Notes under the pieces: model-generated
The model's input: only the letters and a program-made list of their open reading frames with translations
Database searches by the model: none
What the model was told of the DNA's origin: nothing
Program-made: the position numbers and the translations under genes
Shown: positions 39,342-49,809 of the stretch, piece by piece
Layout of the letters: every line of letters starts with the position of its first letter
Numbering within the stretch: position 1 is the first letter of the stretch
Virus record (IMG/VR): IMGVR_UViG_3300044837_000085
Span: 32,001 to 96,000 of that record
Strand: one strand, 5' to 3'
Source: a virus
DNA length: 64,000 bases

Positions 39342-39961
39342 GATTCGCCAATGACTTCTTTGATTGGTATTGAGCGAATGCCCGCGAGATTACCCGCGTT
39401 CATGATAACGGGAAGACTCGGAGTATCAAATCTAACCGGGATATCGAATGTGCCATCCCACGTCAGATCCCCTGTGGGCGCGGATGTGAATGTCACAACG
39501 CCGGAAGAAATCGTGAATGCGACCGTTGGCGTTCCACCAACTTTGATGATGGGTGTCCCGACTGGAAGCGTTATATCTCTGACATAAAAAAACGAGCCGG
39601 GAATCCCGAGCAATATTTCACTCGGATCGTAGGTCATCGTGAGTTGGAATTGGGTCTCTACGCCCGCTCCGGTTCCAAACAATTCGTCTTCCGCCGTGCA
39701 ATCATAATGGCAGCGGAATCTCCACGGATAAAGCGTGCCGCGGTGTGCCAGAAACATTGAGTAGATTGCGCGAAAATCTCCCAACGGATCGTCGGAGTCT
39801 TGCAGTCCCAGAGACAGGTCGCCGACGCCTCGGCATTTTGTCCAGCGCGCGAAACGCTGCTCGGTTCCTGCAATGGATACTTGTTCGACGTTATCCCAAC
39901 TCGGTCCGAAGCCTGAACCGCTTTCGATATTGTCAGGAAGACGATAACCCTGGATGGTCAT
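39338..39961 (-). CDS. DUF2460 distal tail protein
   Basis: GFGP.W...GTEQRFARW, HRG..YPWRF, FDIPVRFD. Confidence 0.9.
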   Translation of the reverse strand: MTIQGYRLPDNIESGSGFGPSWDNVEQVSIAGTEQRFARWTKCRGVGDLSLGLQDSDDPLGDFRAIYSMFLAHRGTLYPWRFRCHYDCTAEDELFGTGAGVETQFQLTMTYDPSEILLGIPGSFFYVRDITLPVGTPIIKVGGTPTVAFTISSGVVTFTSAPTGDLTWDGTFDIPVRFDTPSLPVIMNAGNLAGIRSIPIKEVIGES

Positions 39962-42900
39962 TAGCCGACAGCCCTTAACTGCCGCGCCGCTGTTTGTGCA
40001 GCCTGGTACCCGGTTCTTCCGAACTCATCCTTCGCGTTGCCGCTCATCATGAACGACTGGTTTATATTGACGACCTGTGTCTTTGAATCGCCTCCTCCTC
40101 CTCCTCCTCCCATACCTCTCTTGGAGAACTGAGGATCGACATATAAAATATTTTCACCTGAAGCCACCGGGAACGTTGCCATCATGTTGTCATTGACGCT
40201 TGGTGGGCCGGGCACCGGGAAGCCGCCCAACGCCATACCCTGCGAGCGGAAACCAATGTGCGATGTCCGTGGGTCTTGCGTGTAGTACGGAGACAAAGCA
40301 TCCGTATTTGCGCTGGTTGCGCTCGTGTTGGCCCCGGTTGCGGTTGCGAGTGACTGAATCTCAGATGTGAGCGATGAAATCGCCTGAAGACTTTCAACCG
40401 TCTGCGGTTGGGTCTGAAGCCACGCCATAAACTGCTGATCGTTCGTTATCTTCGCGGCGTTGTCGGTGGTTTGCGAATTCAATATAGAATAGAGAGTCCC
40501 GGCCGAGCTTATGTCTCCCAGGCTCTTTGCGGTCGCTATGCCCGCGCTGACCCCACCACCAGCTATAGAACTGTCAATTAGCTGGGAGTTCGGCGTAGGC
40601 GGCGCGATTGGCAAATTATATCCGAAGGGCGCAAGCGCCAGGGCCTCGCCTGGAGAGATGCCGCCCTTGGTGGCAATCTCTCGTCGCAGCATTATACTTG
40701 TACTTGGGTCAACGTTGTCGGACGTATATTGCTTGCCCGGAGTAGTGGCGAATGGATCAAAGCTACCAAGCCCTGACGCCTTACCCGCCGCGACCTGTTG
40801 CGAGTTATATGAAGCGGTGGACTGATCGATTTGATTCTGAGTCTGCAATACCTGGAGCAGGCTGGCCTGGAGCGTATTCGCCGCAATAATGTTGGCCTGC
40901 ATCGCAGTCGCGCCGTTCTGGATCGCGTCACGGTAGGCAATGGAGGATGCGACGACGCCCTCCATACCCGTTCCCTGCGCCTGTATCTTGTCGAGATTGT
41001 CCTGTGAGGACTGGACAAGCTTTTGGGCGCTCGCAACAGCTTTTGCTTTAGAGTCGGCGTACTGAGCAGCGGCAGCCGCCCCCGCCGTTTCCGCCGAGAC
41101 GCCATCGTGGATTAGCTGGTTATAGGTGGCCTCATACTGCGCCTTCATCTGTGTCGCAGTTGTCCAGGCTTGAGACACGGCTAGATTGTTTTGTAGAGAC
41201 CATGTCTGAGCCTGCGCGGCGGAATTAGCTGCGGCTTGCGCTGCAGCCAGATTGGCGGCGGACAGGAACGCGGCCTCGGTCGACGTCTTCCCGCGGTCCA
41301 TTGCATTGGCGTAATCGGCGGCTTCTTGCGCTGCCATCCTAGCTGCACCGCCGACCGCCTGAATAACCGGAAGTTGGTTTCGTGACGCCTGCAAGGAGAG
41401 CGCTGTTGATTGTCCGACCTCGCCCCACGACTTGCTGATCTCGGCAACAGCCTGATTGTAGCGCTTAGATTCGCTTTCGGCCTCTTGGGTTTTGGCGATC
41501 AGATTCTGTTGGGCCGTAATCGCGGCGTCATTATTCGGACCACCTGCCCCTGCATCCCTAGCGGCCTTGAGTTGATTAAGCCTGATCTCCATTTGCTTGA
41601 GCTGTTCAATCTCTGGGATCAGGGCATTAGTACCTAACCTGGCCTTCTCAGCGATGTCATCGAATACAGCCGAAACTTTCCCATCAACAACCTTCTGTTG
41701 CCGGGCATACAGGTCTTCGTATTTTCTGCTTAAATCCTCCACGCCCTTTGAGACTTCGGCCGGGGCCTCCAACCCTGCCTCGGCCCATTTAGTCGCTGTC
41801 TCTATGGCCGCATCCAGTTTATTTTTTACATTATCCAGTGAGGTTTCGAGTCCGGTCGGTTTTTGCGTTGTGCCCATAACATTCGCCAAGCCGCGCCATG
41901 CGCTTTCAGCAGCCCCCATATGTTGTGCGGAGGCTTTGAATTTTTCATTCATCCCATCAACAATGGCGTTCATTGCCGATGTCTTGTCTCCGACCGCGAC
42001 GAAGCTTTCGACTAGGTCTCTGGTTCCCTGATTCACCGGCCCAAAGACCTTACCCAACTCATCCATCGCTTTTATGGGATCTTGACCGAAACCGACGAAC
42101 GCCTTGATGGCGGCATCCACACTCGTTTTGCTCTGGTTGGCAAACCCAACCACGGCATCGCTCATGTTGTGCAACTTGCTGATAACGATGTCGCCGGTTT
42201 GAGTCATATCTTCCGCGAGAGTCCTCGATTCTTTTTGTGAAAGGCCGGCGCCCGTAAACACCGAAGGAGTGTTCTTAGCCACGAATGTATTGATGTCACT
42301 GGTTGTCGTGCCTGTCCTTGCACCCGCGCCGCTGAGAGCCAGATTCGACGACACGTTCAGTCTATCCATCTGCACCGCAGCGGCGACAGCAGCAGCCCCA
42401 AGAGCGACAGTGGCGGCTATTGCGACATTTGTCGGCGTCACATACTTCATAAGAGACGTGCCAGCGCCGCTGAACGCATAGGACAGGTTTCCGGTCTCCA
42501 TCGCTATCGTGCGCGTGAGCGGAATACCGGCCATGTAGGCGTCGAACATATGCCGAATGGCGGCTGTAAAAGCCATCGACTGGGTCGAGCCTAGCGCGGA
42601 AGCGAGCCCGAACCCTTCGGTGGCCCCAGCCGCTGACTTGGCAGCGTTTTGAAACTCGCTGAGTTGATTTCCCAAAAGCTTTTGCGCAGCAGCGTATTCA
42701 ACCGTCGTCATCGCGCCGGACTTCAATGCAGCGCTATACGTGGCTGACTGAGCACCTAGTTTGCCCTGCTCGACCTCCAATGGATTCATCGACGCGCGCA
42801 GTTTGTTGATCGCGTCTTCCTGCGCTAGGATTGTTTGCTTGAAGACGTCGGCCGATTGCGTCGCGGACTTTGGTGCAGACCCGATATTGAAGCTACTGTT

Positions 42901-43731
42901 AAGATCGTCCTGAAAGTTCTTCCCGATCTGTATAGCTTTTTGCTGAGCGATTGTATCAAGACGATCCAGTTCGGCGCTGAACACGCTCGCAGAATCTCTT
43001 GCAGATTTGCCGACGCCTGCAATCAGACTGCCATCCAGACTGTCCTGGAAATTCTTTCCCACCTGCACGGCTCGCTGCTGCGAGATAGTATCCAGTCGAT
43101 CAAGTTCAGCAGAAAACACGCCAGCGGAATCTCTTGCAGACTTAGCCGTACCCGCAATCATGCCGGCGTCGAGAGACTCGCCGAACTGTTTACCGATTTG
43201 GGCGGCCTTTTGGTCAGCGATATCCATCATCGCAGCGAACTGAGCGGCGTATTGATTTGTATCCACCTTGCTCTGCGACGATCCGGTGATCTGGTTAAGG
43301 CTGATAGATGTCCCGCCTATCGATCCCGTAGTCGCCGACGCATTCGTCATCATATTGGATTGCTGACGGCGGAGTGATTCCGCAGCAACTGCCGCAGCCT
43401 CGAGTTTCGCCCGATAAACGTCCAGACCCTGACCTGCCTTGTCCAGCATGGATGAGTTCTGGTCCAGCGCCCTGCCGAAGGTGGCGTAGTTCTTTTCCAG
43501 CGTCTCAAACGCGCGCGAGGCGGGATCAATCGCACGAGCCATCGCATTAAAGGCAGCCGCAACAGAAGTCTGCCGACGCGCTGATGATTCGGTCGCGTTG
43601 CCGAGATTAGTCGCCGATGCCGCTAGCACATCAAGCGCTGATGCGGTTGCCTTTGCGTCAGCACGAACCGCGTCTCCGCCCTCGGCGACTTGCCTTATCG
43701 TCTGCGTCGCGATGAGATCTCGTTCATTCAT
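39961..43731 (-). CDS. Tape measure protein
   Basis: 1256 aa, Ala-rich helical, between chaperones and distal tail gene. Confidence 0.9.
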   Translation of the reverse strand: MNERDLIATQTIRQVAEGGDAVRADAKATASALDVLAASATNLGNATESSARRQTSVAAAFNAMARAIDPASRAFETLEKNYATFGRALDQNSSMLDKAGQGLDVYRAKLEAAAVAAESLRRQQSNMMTNASATTGSIGGTSISLNQITGSSQSKVDTNQYAAQFAAMMDIADQKAAQIGKQFGESLDAGMIAGTAKSARDSAGVFSAELDRLDTISQQRAVQVGKNFQDSLDGSLIAGVGKSARDSASVFSAELDRLDTIAQQKAIQIGKNFQDDLNSSFNIGSAPKSATQSADVFKQTILAQEDAINKLRASMNPLEVEQGKLGAQSATYSAALKSGAMTTVEYAAAQKLLGNQLSEFQNAAKSAAGATEGFGLASALGSTQSMAFTAAIRHMFDAYMAGIPLTRTIAMETGNLSYAFSGAGTSLMKYVTPTNVAIAATVALGAAAVAAAVQMDRLNVSSNLALSGAGARTGTTTSDINTFVAKNTPSVFTGAGLSQKESRTLAEDMTQTGDIVISKLHNMSDAVVGFANQSKTSVDAAIKAFVGFGQDPIKAMDELGKVFGPVNQGTRDLVESFVAVGDKTSAMNAIVDGMNEKFKASAQHMGAAESAWRGLANVMGTTQKPTGLETSLDNVKNKLDAAIETATKWAEAGLEAPAEVSKGVEDLSRKYEDLYARQQKVVDGKVSAVFDDIAEKARLGTNALIPEIEQLKQMEIRLNQLKAARDAGAGGPNNDAAITAQQNLIAKTQEAESESKRYNQAVAEISKSWGEVGQSTALSLQASRNQLPVIQAVGGAARMAAQEAADYANAMDRGKTSTEAAFLSAANLAAAQAAANSAAQAQTWSLQNNLAVSQAWTTATQMKAQYEATYNQLIHDGVSAETAGAAAAAQYADSKAKAVASAQKLVQSSQDNLDKIQAQGTGMEGVVASSIAYRDAIQNGATAMQANIIAANTLQASLLQVLQTQNQIDQSTASYNSQQVAAGKASGLGSFDPFATTPGKQYTSDNVDPSTSIMLRREIATKGGISPGEALALAPFGYNLPIAPPTPNSQLIDSSIAGGGVSAGIATAKSLGDISSAGTLYSILNSQTTDNAAKITNDQQFMAWLQTQPQTVESLQAISSLTSEIQSLATATGANTSATSANTDALSPYYTQDPRTSHIGFRSQGMALGGFPVPGPPSVNDNMMATFPVASGENILYVDPQFSKRGMGGGGGGGDSKTQVVNINQSFMMSGNAKDEFGRTGYQAAQTAARQLRAVG

Positions 43732-44191
43732 GTCTTGGGAATCTCACACGCTTATTGATTGGCTGTTGTTTTCGATTTTTAGCGAGACCAGAAACGATCC
43801 GCTTCACGCCTTGGGTGTCTCCGGCCGCAGCCTGATCTGCCATCTCTTGATTGGCCGCGAGAGCTGATCTGGACTTGTTCTCGACGCGACGCATTACAGC
43901 AATGAACAAGTCGACTTCCTCGCCGACGAGACCAAGATCATCTTCCGCATAGGACTTGATTTTAGAACGGGGAATCACGCCGTAACTCACGCTTGCCATG
44001 GTTGCGATGACCGGGCGCTCGGTCACGAGTTCATTCCATGCACTGAGATAATAAAGGGTGGTGTCATCGATATCCGGGCGATTGTAGTAAGCTTCCGGGA
44101 TGTCGGTATCGCCTCTGACGTAGCGGCGATTCCAGGCTTCAAGATGAATGCCGTACTTGCCGTACCACCCTTGCGCCGCAGTCAGTTTCCC
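43724..44191 (-). CDS. Tail assembly chaperone, -1 frameshift extension (gpT-like)
   Basis: -1 frame open from GGGAAAC through YYLSAWNELVTER to 43724. Confidence 0.8.
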   Translation of the reverse strand, partial: GKLTAAQGWYGKYGIHLEAWNRRYVRGDTDIPEAYYNRPDIDDTTLYYLSAWNELVTERPVIATMASVSYGVIPRSKIKSYAEDDLGLVGEEVDLFIAVMRRVENKSRSALAANQEMADQAAAGDTQGVKRIVSGLAKNRKQQPINKRVRFPRHE

Positions 44192-44592
44192 ACGATTTCC
44201 TCGATCTTATCTTCGATGCCCTGCGCGACTCTTTCACAAGCAGTCTGCACTCCGGCCCGGAACCTCTCTCCCTCCAAATATTTAGCTGCGGTTTTCTTGT
44301 CGTATGGGACTGGGCCATTATCGTCCTCAATATTTTCCCAATCCAGCAATCCGGTGTTGAGCAAGATAGCTGCCGAAACGCGCACAGCTTCATCCTGATC
44401 TAGTTGCCCGTTTACTTTCTTCTTACGAGGCACAGCATTTATCAATCGCTGTGCCATGCGGCTCCAATCCTTATTATTGGCTCCACGAACCTTCAGCCGG
44501 ATATTGCCCATTTCAGGCAAGTCGCCAACCCAAGCCCCAACCTCTACCAAATTTTTCTGCTCTTCAGTCAGTTCCAGACTTTCGATCTTCAT
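44182..44592 (-). CDS. Tail assembly chaperone (gpG-like)
   Basis: Follows major tail gene; LLDWEN; ends ...VGN on a slippery heptamer. Confidence 0.85.
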   Translation of the reverse strand: MKIESLELTEEQKNLVEVGAWVGDLPEMGNIRLKVRGANNKDWSRMAQRLINAVPRKKKVNGQLDQDEAVRVSAAILLNTGLLDWENIEDDNGPVPYDKKTAAKYLEGERFRAGVQTACERVAQGIEDKIEEIVGN

Positions 44593-44656
44593 AAACGCTC
44601 CCTAGAAAAACAAAAATCCGGACGGCACGAATGCGCCGCCCGGTCTCAATTCAGAT

Positions 44657-45136
44657 TTACGTTGACGCCGGATCTTCGAGGACCGCCGAGTTGATCTCGA
44701 CCGAGAAATTTTTTCTCACGATATTTTCGTTATTGCCGACGTTGAGACGCTTACCCATCACCAATCCTCGGAAATACTGGATCGTGTCGCTGTATCCAGC
44801 AGGACCGTCAGGCAGGATGACCTTGAACATATAGTTGACGTTCGTTGCCTCAGCGGCAACCAACGCAGCCTGACCCGTGTCGGTTGGATCGTGGCCACAA
44901 ACGATGGCCAGCGTGCCGGCGTCTCGCGCACCTTTTGACTTACGAACGCGGCCGTCGCCAAGCGCTTCGAACGTGACCTTGTTCGCTTGGTCTCCGTACT
45001 CACCGACCGACTCCACCAGACCGATTTCAACCCATCCAGACGTCGCCTCGAACTCAGCAATCGTATCGATGGAAGAAGTTGCAGCTGCTCCGATAAACAC
45101 TCGTGTACCTGACGCCGTGACTACATCACCCGCCAT
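44657..45136 (-). CDS. Major tail tube protein
   Basis: WVEIG.VES.GEYGD...RVRKSKGARDAG...D.GQ. Confidence 0.88.
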   Translation of the reverse strand: MAGDVVTASGTRVFIGAAATSSIDTIAEFEATSGWVEIGLVESVGEYGDQANKVTFEALGDGRVRKSKGARDAGTLAIVCGHDPTDTGQAALVAAEATNVNYMFKVILPDGPAGYSDTIQYFRGLVMGKRLNVGNNENIVRKNFSVEINSAVLEDPAST

Positions 45137-45267
45137 GACCTATCTCCTTAATGTTGTGGGGGCGCTCATCCGAGACGCCAAGGACGCTGCAGCCCACGCA
45201 GCGATAGTGATTGTCCGACCGAGTGGGCTGCTCGGCAGGATTGGTGGATTTGAAATGTCTGGATTGC

Positions 45268-45696
45268 CTACGGGCTGTCGCCGCTCGGCGCGTTGAATTG
45301 GTATCTATAAGGGACGATGACAGCGAGCTCGAAGTAGTTGCCGTCTTCGTTGTTGTCGTTGATGATCGGCGGAGACGGTTCGAAGATCTCGACGCCGCTG
45401 ATGATCAATCTGTCGCCACGAAAGGCGTTCGCGATAGCGTCTGCTTTGGCCAGCGGTCCCGGAAGTCCTGAACTCACTTGCGCATTGTAGATGATGCGAG
45501 CAGCGCCTTCCTCGAAGCGCTTGGTCTTCAACATCGGTCGCGTGTTGTTTGCGACCGGATACTGAATAATGAGGAACGGCGAACCGTCGCTCGGTGCCGT
45601 CATCACCTCATTCGATCCAAGGATAACGCCGTCCGCGATATTCCAATTGGCTTCTAGCCGTGTCCTGAACACAGCTTCGACCGCGGCTGATGGCAT
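45268..45696 (-). CDS. Tail terminator protein
   Basis: Size, position and the V.VPYRY C-terminus. Confidence 0.7.
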   Translation of the reverse strand: MPSAAVEAVFRTRLEANWNIADGVILGSNEVMTAPSDGSPFLIIQYPVANNTRPMLKTKRFEEGAARIIYNAQVSSGLPGPLAKADAIANAFRGDRLIISGVEIFEPSPPIINDNNEDGNYFELAVIVPYRYQFNAPSGDSP

Positions 45697-45697
45697 T

Positions 45698-46564
45698 TTA
45701 CGAGGCCATCCCGTAGTTCAGTTTTTTGGACACTCGAATTCGATAAGCTATCGCCGGCCGCGTAACTCCCAGATCTTCTGCGGCGGCAGTCATTGAGGGG
45801 TATGTGATGCCATCGATGATCACTGACTTGGATGGACGAAGGCGCATTTGCTCAACCTCAGACTGAGATTTCTTTGGTCGCTGGATCAGTGGTTTTAAGC
45901 AGAAATATCCTGGATATCCTGACGCTATCCGCCGGTTTATGGTTGCCACCCCAACGCCAAGAGCATCAGCGGCTGCATGAACGCCGGGATAGCGGATTTC
46001 GTCTATAATGACGGGCCTACTTATTGCGGCCTTGGCTGAATCGCTAAGTTTGCATCCAGTGCGCCTCACTCGCATTTGCTGCACATGCTCCGGCGAAAGC
46101 TTCTTTCCTCTATGCGCAGCGCCAATCCTTGCCCTAGTTTCAGCGGTGTTCTTTCTTCCGGTTCTAATCGCCGATTGCTTGGCCCTAGTTTCAGCGGTGA
46201 CAACAATTCCGGATACACCATCTCCGCCCAGCGTCATATTATATCCGGCACCGAACGAACCAGTTGTCGCTATCCATCTGATCTCCGCAGCAACCAACTC
46301 ACTCCTGCTACTGCACTCCTCTAAGACGGAGATTTCGAAATCTTCTTCCCCGTACTTGCATATTGCCATTTCGAGAAATCTACGCGGTCTATCACCGCGA
46401 AAAACCCGAGCAGCGCGAACGTGGTGATACCATCTTTTTGATATTCCGAGGGTAGTTATGCCGATGTAGGCCTTCTTTGAAGTTTTGCATCTTATTAAAT
46501 AGACTTGGCCAATCACTGCACACCTCAAAGGATAACTATTATCGCCGGCTGACGCCTGAGCCAC
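45698..46564 (-). CDS. GIY-YIG homing endonuclease with NUMOD3/NUMOD1-like repeats
   Basis: VYLI...YIGIT...R; GYNMTLGG; TAETRAK repeats. Confidence 0.9.
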   Translation of the reverse strand: MAQASAGDNSYPLRCAVIGQVYLIRCKTSKKAYIGITTLGISKRWYHHVRAARVFRGDRPRRFLEMAICKYGEEDFEISVLEECSSRSELVAAEIRWIATTGSFGAGYNMTLGGDGVSGIVVTAETRAKQSAIRTGRKNTAETRARIGAAHRGKKLSPEHVQQMRVRRTGCKLSDSAKAAISRPVIIDEIRYPGVHAAADALGVGVATINRRIASGYPGYFCLKPLIQRPKKSQSEVEQMRLRPSKSVIIDGITYPSMTAAAEDLGVTRPAIAYRIRVSKKLNYGMAS

Positions 46565-47190
46565 TCAGCCTGACCCTTGGCGCGCTTCTTCTTGCCCCAA
46601 GCAATTCCGGCAGGGCTAGCAGCCCAATTCTCGATCGCGCCGAACAGTGGCGTCTCGTATCCGAACTGGATTTTTGCGACGTTGCTGAACTTGGATGACG
46701 CCAGTTTAGCAACCACTTGATAAACGCCATCAGGTGCCTGCGGTGAAAGCCCTCGTTCTATTTTTCGACTGTATGGGACAACGTTCGTAAATGTGATTCT
46801 TGATGCGACGGGAGGGACCGAACCTTCAGGAACGGCAACACCATCAGCAATCATAACGTGAGACTTCTGGTATCGGCCCGACTTCACCGGAGAGAACTGC
46901 TCCAGCATATCTCCTATCCACGTCAGCGCCTCAAACACCAACTCATATTCAACAAAGACGACGCCGCCCGGCTTCACCGATTCCAGTGGAGCTCCAAGGC
47001 GACCATCAACCGAAACCGTATATGGAGGAACGCGGCCTAGAACACTTGCGTTATGTGCCTTGCCTTCTTCGATGACTTGAGCCGCGAACTCAGCAAACAA
47101 CTGTGACTGAATTTCAGGAGGCAGGGCGTTCGATATAAACTTCTCGTAAGGAACGTTGATCGGCGTGAACTTGATCCGCAGCGCCATCAC
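46525..47190 (-). CDS. Neck/tail completion protein (HK97 gp10-like)
   Basis: SPVKSGRYQKSH, N.VPYSRKIE.G.S.QAPDG. Confidence 0.8.
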   Translation of the reverse strand: MMALRIKFTPINVPYEKFISNALPPEIQSQLFAEFAAQVIEEGKAHNASVLGRVPPYTVSVDGRLGAPLESVKPGGVVFVEYELVFEALTWIGDMLEQFSPVKSGRYQKSHVMIADGVAVPEGSVPPVASRITFTNVVPYSRKIERGLSPQAPDGVYQVVAKLASSKFSNVAKIQFGYETPLFGAIENWAASPAGIAWGKKKRAKGQAEWLRRQPAIIVIL

Positions 47191-47803
47191 GAACTCCCAG
47201 CGCCTCAGCCAAGGACATCTTCGGGTAAGCCGTTAGGGCTGATGGCCCGACAACCACGACTTCGACACCGAGGGATTTGAACTGCTCCGCGCATCCGTCC
47301 AGCGCGACCCGCCAACTCTTAACCCTGCCTGCATCCGGTTTCGATACGCCGCGATAATCTGAATTCCAATGAGCACCGTTCGACAGCGTCATGTCGAAGC
47401 CGACCAAGACAATCTTCCTTGCTCCGAACTGGATTGCCAGATTGATTGCCTGAAACCCTGAGTGCCCGCCGCCTGTCCTTAGACCGCAGCCCAGAACTCC
47501 GGTTTCTCCGGTCAGGATTTCGGCCCTCGCCTTCAGGCTCACTTGCCGTAGACCAAACACTCTCGCAGCCGTGGGAGACGGCGTCACCTTCAATCCCTTA
47601 AAGTCTGGAACCCCATGGTTGGCGAGCCACCAGCCCTTGTCGAGGCCATATAGAAGCGAAGCCCAAGGCGCCAGTTTCCATGCGCCTTTGATCGCAATCG
47701 CTCTGGCGAGCCCGCGCGCTTGATCTAGCGGCGCATCCTTCGCACTCGGACCCGTCCCTATGATGACCGCAGTCTGGCCGGACCAGTTGGGCCACTCCGT
47801 CAC
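47114..47803 (-). CDS. Maf/DUF115-like putative glycosyltransferase (paralog 3)
   Basis: WPNWSG, IIGTGPSA, HSGFQAINLAIQFGA, LVGFDM. Confidence 0.7.
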   Translation of the reverse strand: MTEWPNWSGQTAVIIGTGPSAKDAPLDQARGLARAIAIKGAWKLAPWASLLYGLDKGWWLANHGVPDFKGLKVTPSPTAARVFGLRQVSLKARAEILTGETGVLGCGLRTGGGHSGFQAINLAIQFGARKIVLVGFDMTLSNGAHWNSDYRGVSKPDAGRVKSWRVALDGCAEQFKSLGVEVVVVGPSALTAYPKMSLAEALGVRDGAADQVHADQRSLREVYIERPAS

Positions 47804-47936
47804 TTCTTCGCCGGCCACCAAGGAAAGACGCGCGACCAGTAAAGCCCGCCGCCATTGAGATGGGCCGCCACGATAAGCCGCCGGTTGTGAATGCGCCAAA
47901 CCCATTTCCATGGCGGCTGCAGTTGAGGCTTTGGCT

Positions 47937-48335
47937 TCACCCAAGCACCCTGAGTTCGATCCTCACCAGTTCGTCGTCGACATAGATTGGCTTGGGAACC
48001 TCGATATTCCGAGGCTTGCCTTTGACTACCGCCTTATCGTTCTTCCGCGGCACTCTTCGATCAATTCCAGGATTAACCGGCTCTGCTGCTGAAGGCGTCC
48101 AAGGCCCAGGCCATCCCGCCGCCATGATCTCTGACGGACTCATGATGATGTTGCTGGAGTCCTGCGTGATCCCGGAAATCAATTCCTCTGCGGTAATCGG
48201 CCTAACGAACGCACGGCACCTGACGCTGACAGGGATTAACTGTGTTCCGTACAGACGACGGATTTCGATCCACTCTCCGTCCTCAGCGAGACTCATATTG
48301 AGGTCTGCGATCTCCCGATCAGATGCAAAACTCAT
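47937..48335 (-). CDS. Head closure/head-tail joining protein
   Basis: Position; VRIELRVLG C-terminus. Confidence 0.65.
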   Translation of the reverse strand: MSFASDREIADLNMSLAEDGEWIEIRRLYGTQLIPVSVRCRAFVRPITAEELISGITQDSSNIIMSPSEIMAAGWPGPWTPSAAEPVNPGIDRRVPRKNDKAVVKGKPRNIEVPKPIYVDDELVRIELRVLG

Positions 48336-48742
48336 CGCGCGACGGCGCTACAGACCAATTGAGTTGATCCGGAATACGTCCCTACGACAACTATCTTGAC
48401 ACGATATCGGTCGCCAACGATGCCATCAACGGTCGTATCCGAAGCCAACGCGCCGTCAGATGGCGTCACCTGAGTTGTCTTTGGAGTCAGGGCACTGAAA
48501 TTGAATACGGCATTCTCGCTTGCAACCCCGAATGCCACAGCAGCGACGTCGATAGGAGTCGTTCCATCATCCGCCGATGTTTGGACGTAAGCGACCACGG
48601 ACGTTCCGTTTGCACCATAAATAAACCGAAGGTTAATCAGAGCAGACAGACATCCTTCGAAATCATCATTCCAGTCGCCTGTGAATGTCCCTGCCGTCGT
48701 AATAGAGAATGCGCCGAGAGATTTATAGCCAGGAGACTGCAT
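48332..48742 (-). CDS. Putative virion decoration protein
   Basis: YVQTSADDGTT..DVA motif; beta-rich. Confidence 0.55.
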   Translation of the reverse strand: MQSPGYKSLGAFSITTAGTFTGDWNDDFEGCLSALINLRFIYGANGTSVVAYVQTSADDGTTPIDVAAVAFGVASENAVFNFSALTPKTTQVTPSDGALASDTTVDGIVGDRYRVKIVVVGTYSGSTQLVCSAVAR

Positions 48743-48971
48743 CAGGCAACCCTCTCGTCGATCTCAGCCTTGGTCAGAACGGATAGTTCAACGCCACGAT
48801 CAATGATCATTATGGTGATGCCTTGCGGTAGAAGGCTCTTGAGATGCTTGCGGACTCGCTCCGTTACATCCTGCGACATCGGCCTGTCAGTTTTGACTAC
48901 CAGAACGTCACCGTTCTGAAGCTGCAGTTTGCCGATCTCAAAGGCACCAATGATCTTGATGCCGACCTCGT

Positions 48972-49625
48972 TCACGCGACCACCAAGTTGACGTATCCGC
49001 CGCGGATCAGGATATCCATACATTCACCAGGAATTATTGAGGTGGCCTGCTTGTCTGATACCCACCATTCGCGGTCACTCACGCCCGATATACTCAGGCG
49101 CTTGAGCAATGGATCTCGATTGCTAGTGACGATCTCTGACTTAACGAACTTGATCGCTGCATATTTCAGATCAGCCGGAACTACTTCAAATCCCGCACTG
49201 TACTCAACGACCGTATTTCCAATTGGCCACCATCCCCACGGACCGTTAGGCATCGTGTAATAGTAGTAAGGAAACATCGTGCGATAGAGAACGCCAGAGG
49301 CTGCGTCTACAGCATAGTCCGTATTGACGAGTAGACTCTCAGTCTGCGTCACCGAGATAATTTCAACGACCGGGCGCCGAGACAGGACCAGAGACTTCTG
49401 CAGGCTCTTGAACAGGAATGTTTCGGTTACGGTCTCGAGGCGAAGAGTCGGCGGAATGATCCCGGCCCTACTCACCTTGCATGCGGACGTCAGCAGCGCA
49501 GAGACATATTCACCGAGAGGAACCAACGTCGCGTCCTTACTTCCATCGGACACACCGGCCGCAGCACGCAACTCCGCCAGCGTCAACAGCGAACGATCCG
49601 TATTCGGTGACGCGATGGTCAGCAT
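48972..49625 (-). CDS. Head-tail connector (gp6-like)
   Basis: LLTLAELR, LSRRPV, VEYSAGF..VPADLK.A. Confidence 0.85.
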   Translation of the reverse strand: MLTIASPNTDRSLLTLAELRAAAGVSDGSKDATLVPLGEYVSALLTSACKVSRAGIIPPTLRLETVTETFLFKSLQKSLVLSRRPVVEIISVTQTESLLVNTDYAVDAASGVLYRTMFPYYYYTMPNGPWGWWPIGNTVVEYSAGFEVVPADLKYAAIKFVKSEIVTSNRDPLLKRLSISGVSDREWWVSDKQATSIIPGECMDILIRGGYVNLVVA

Positions 49626-49809
49626 TACTGGCGAGTCCCGAACGGAACGACATTCTCCAATGTCGGCTGCTGATCCTGACGGAGATCGGCAGGCGTCAAA
49701 TATTCAATCCGCTTCAAGTTTCCGTTCGGATAATATTCGAGCGCTTTGACCAGAAAACACTTCTGCCCTTCATGCTCAGAACCACACGTCCAACATTTTG
49801 CCATTTGCA

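Noticed and set aside
46130-46200. CCCTAGTTTCAGCGGTG direct repeat
   Set aside because: Explained by NUMOD3 coding repeats (TAETRA)
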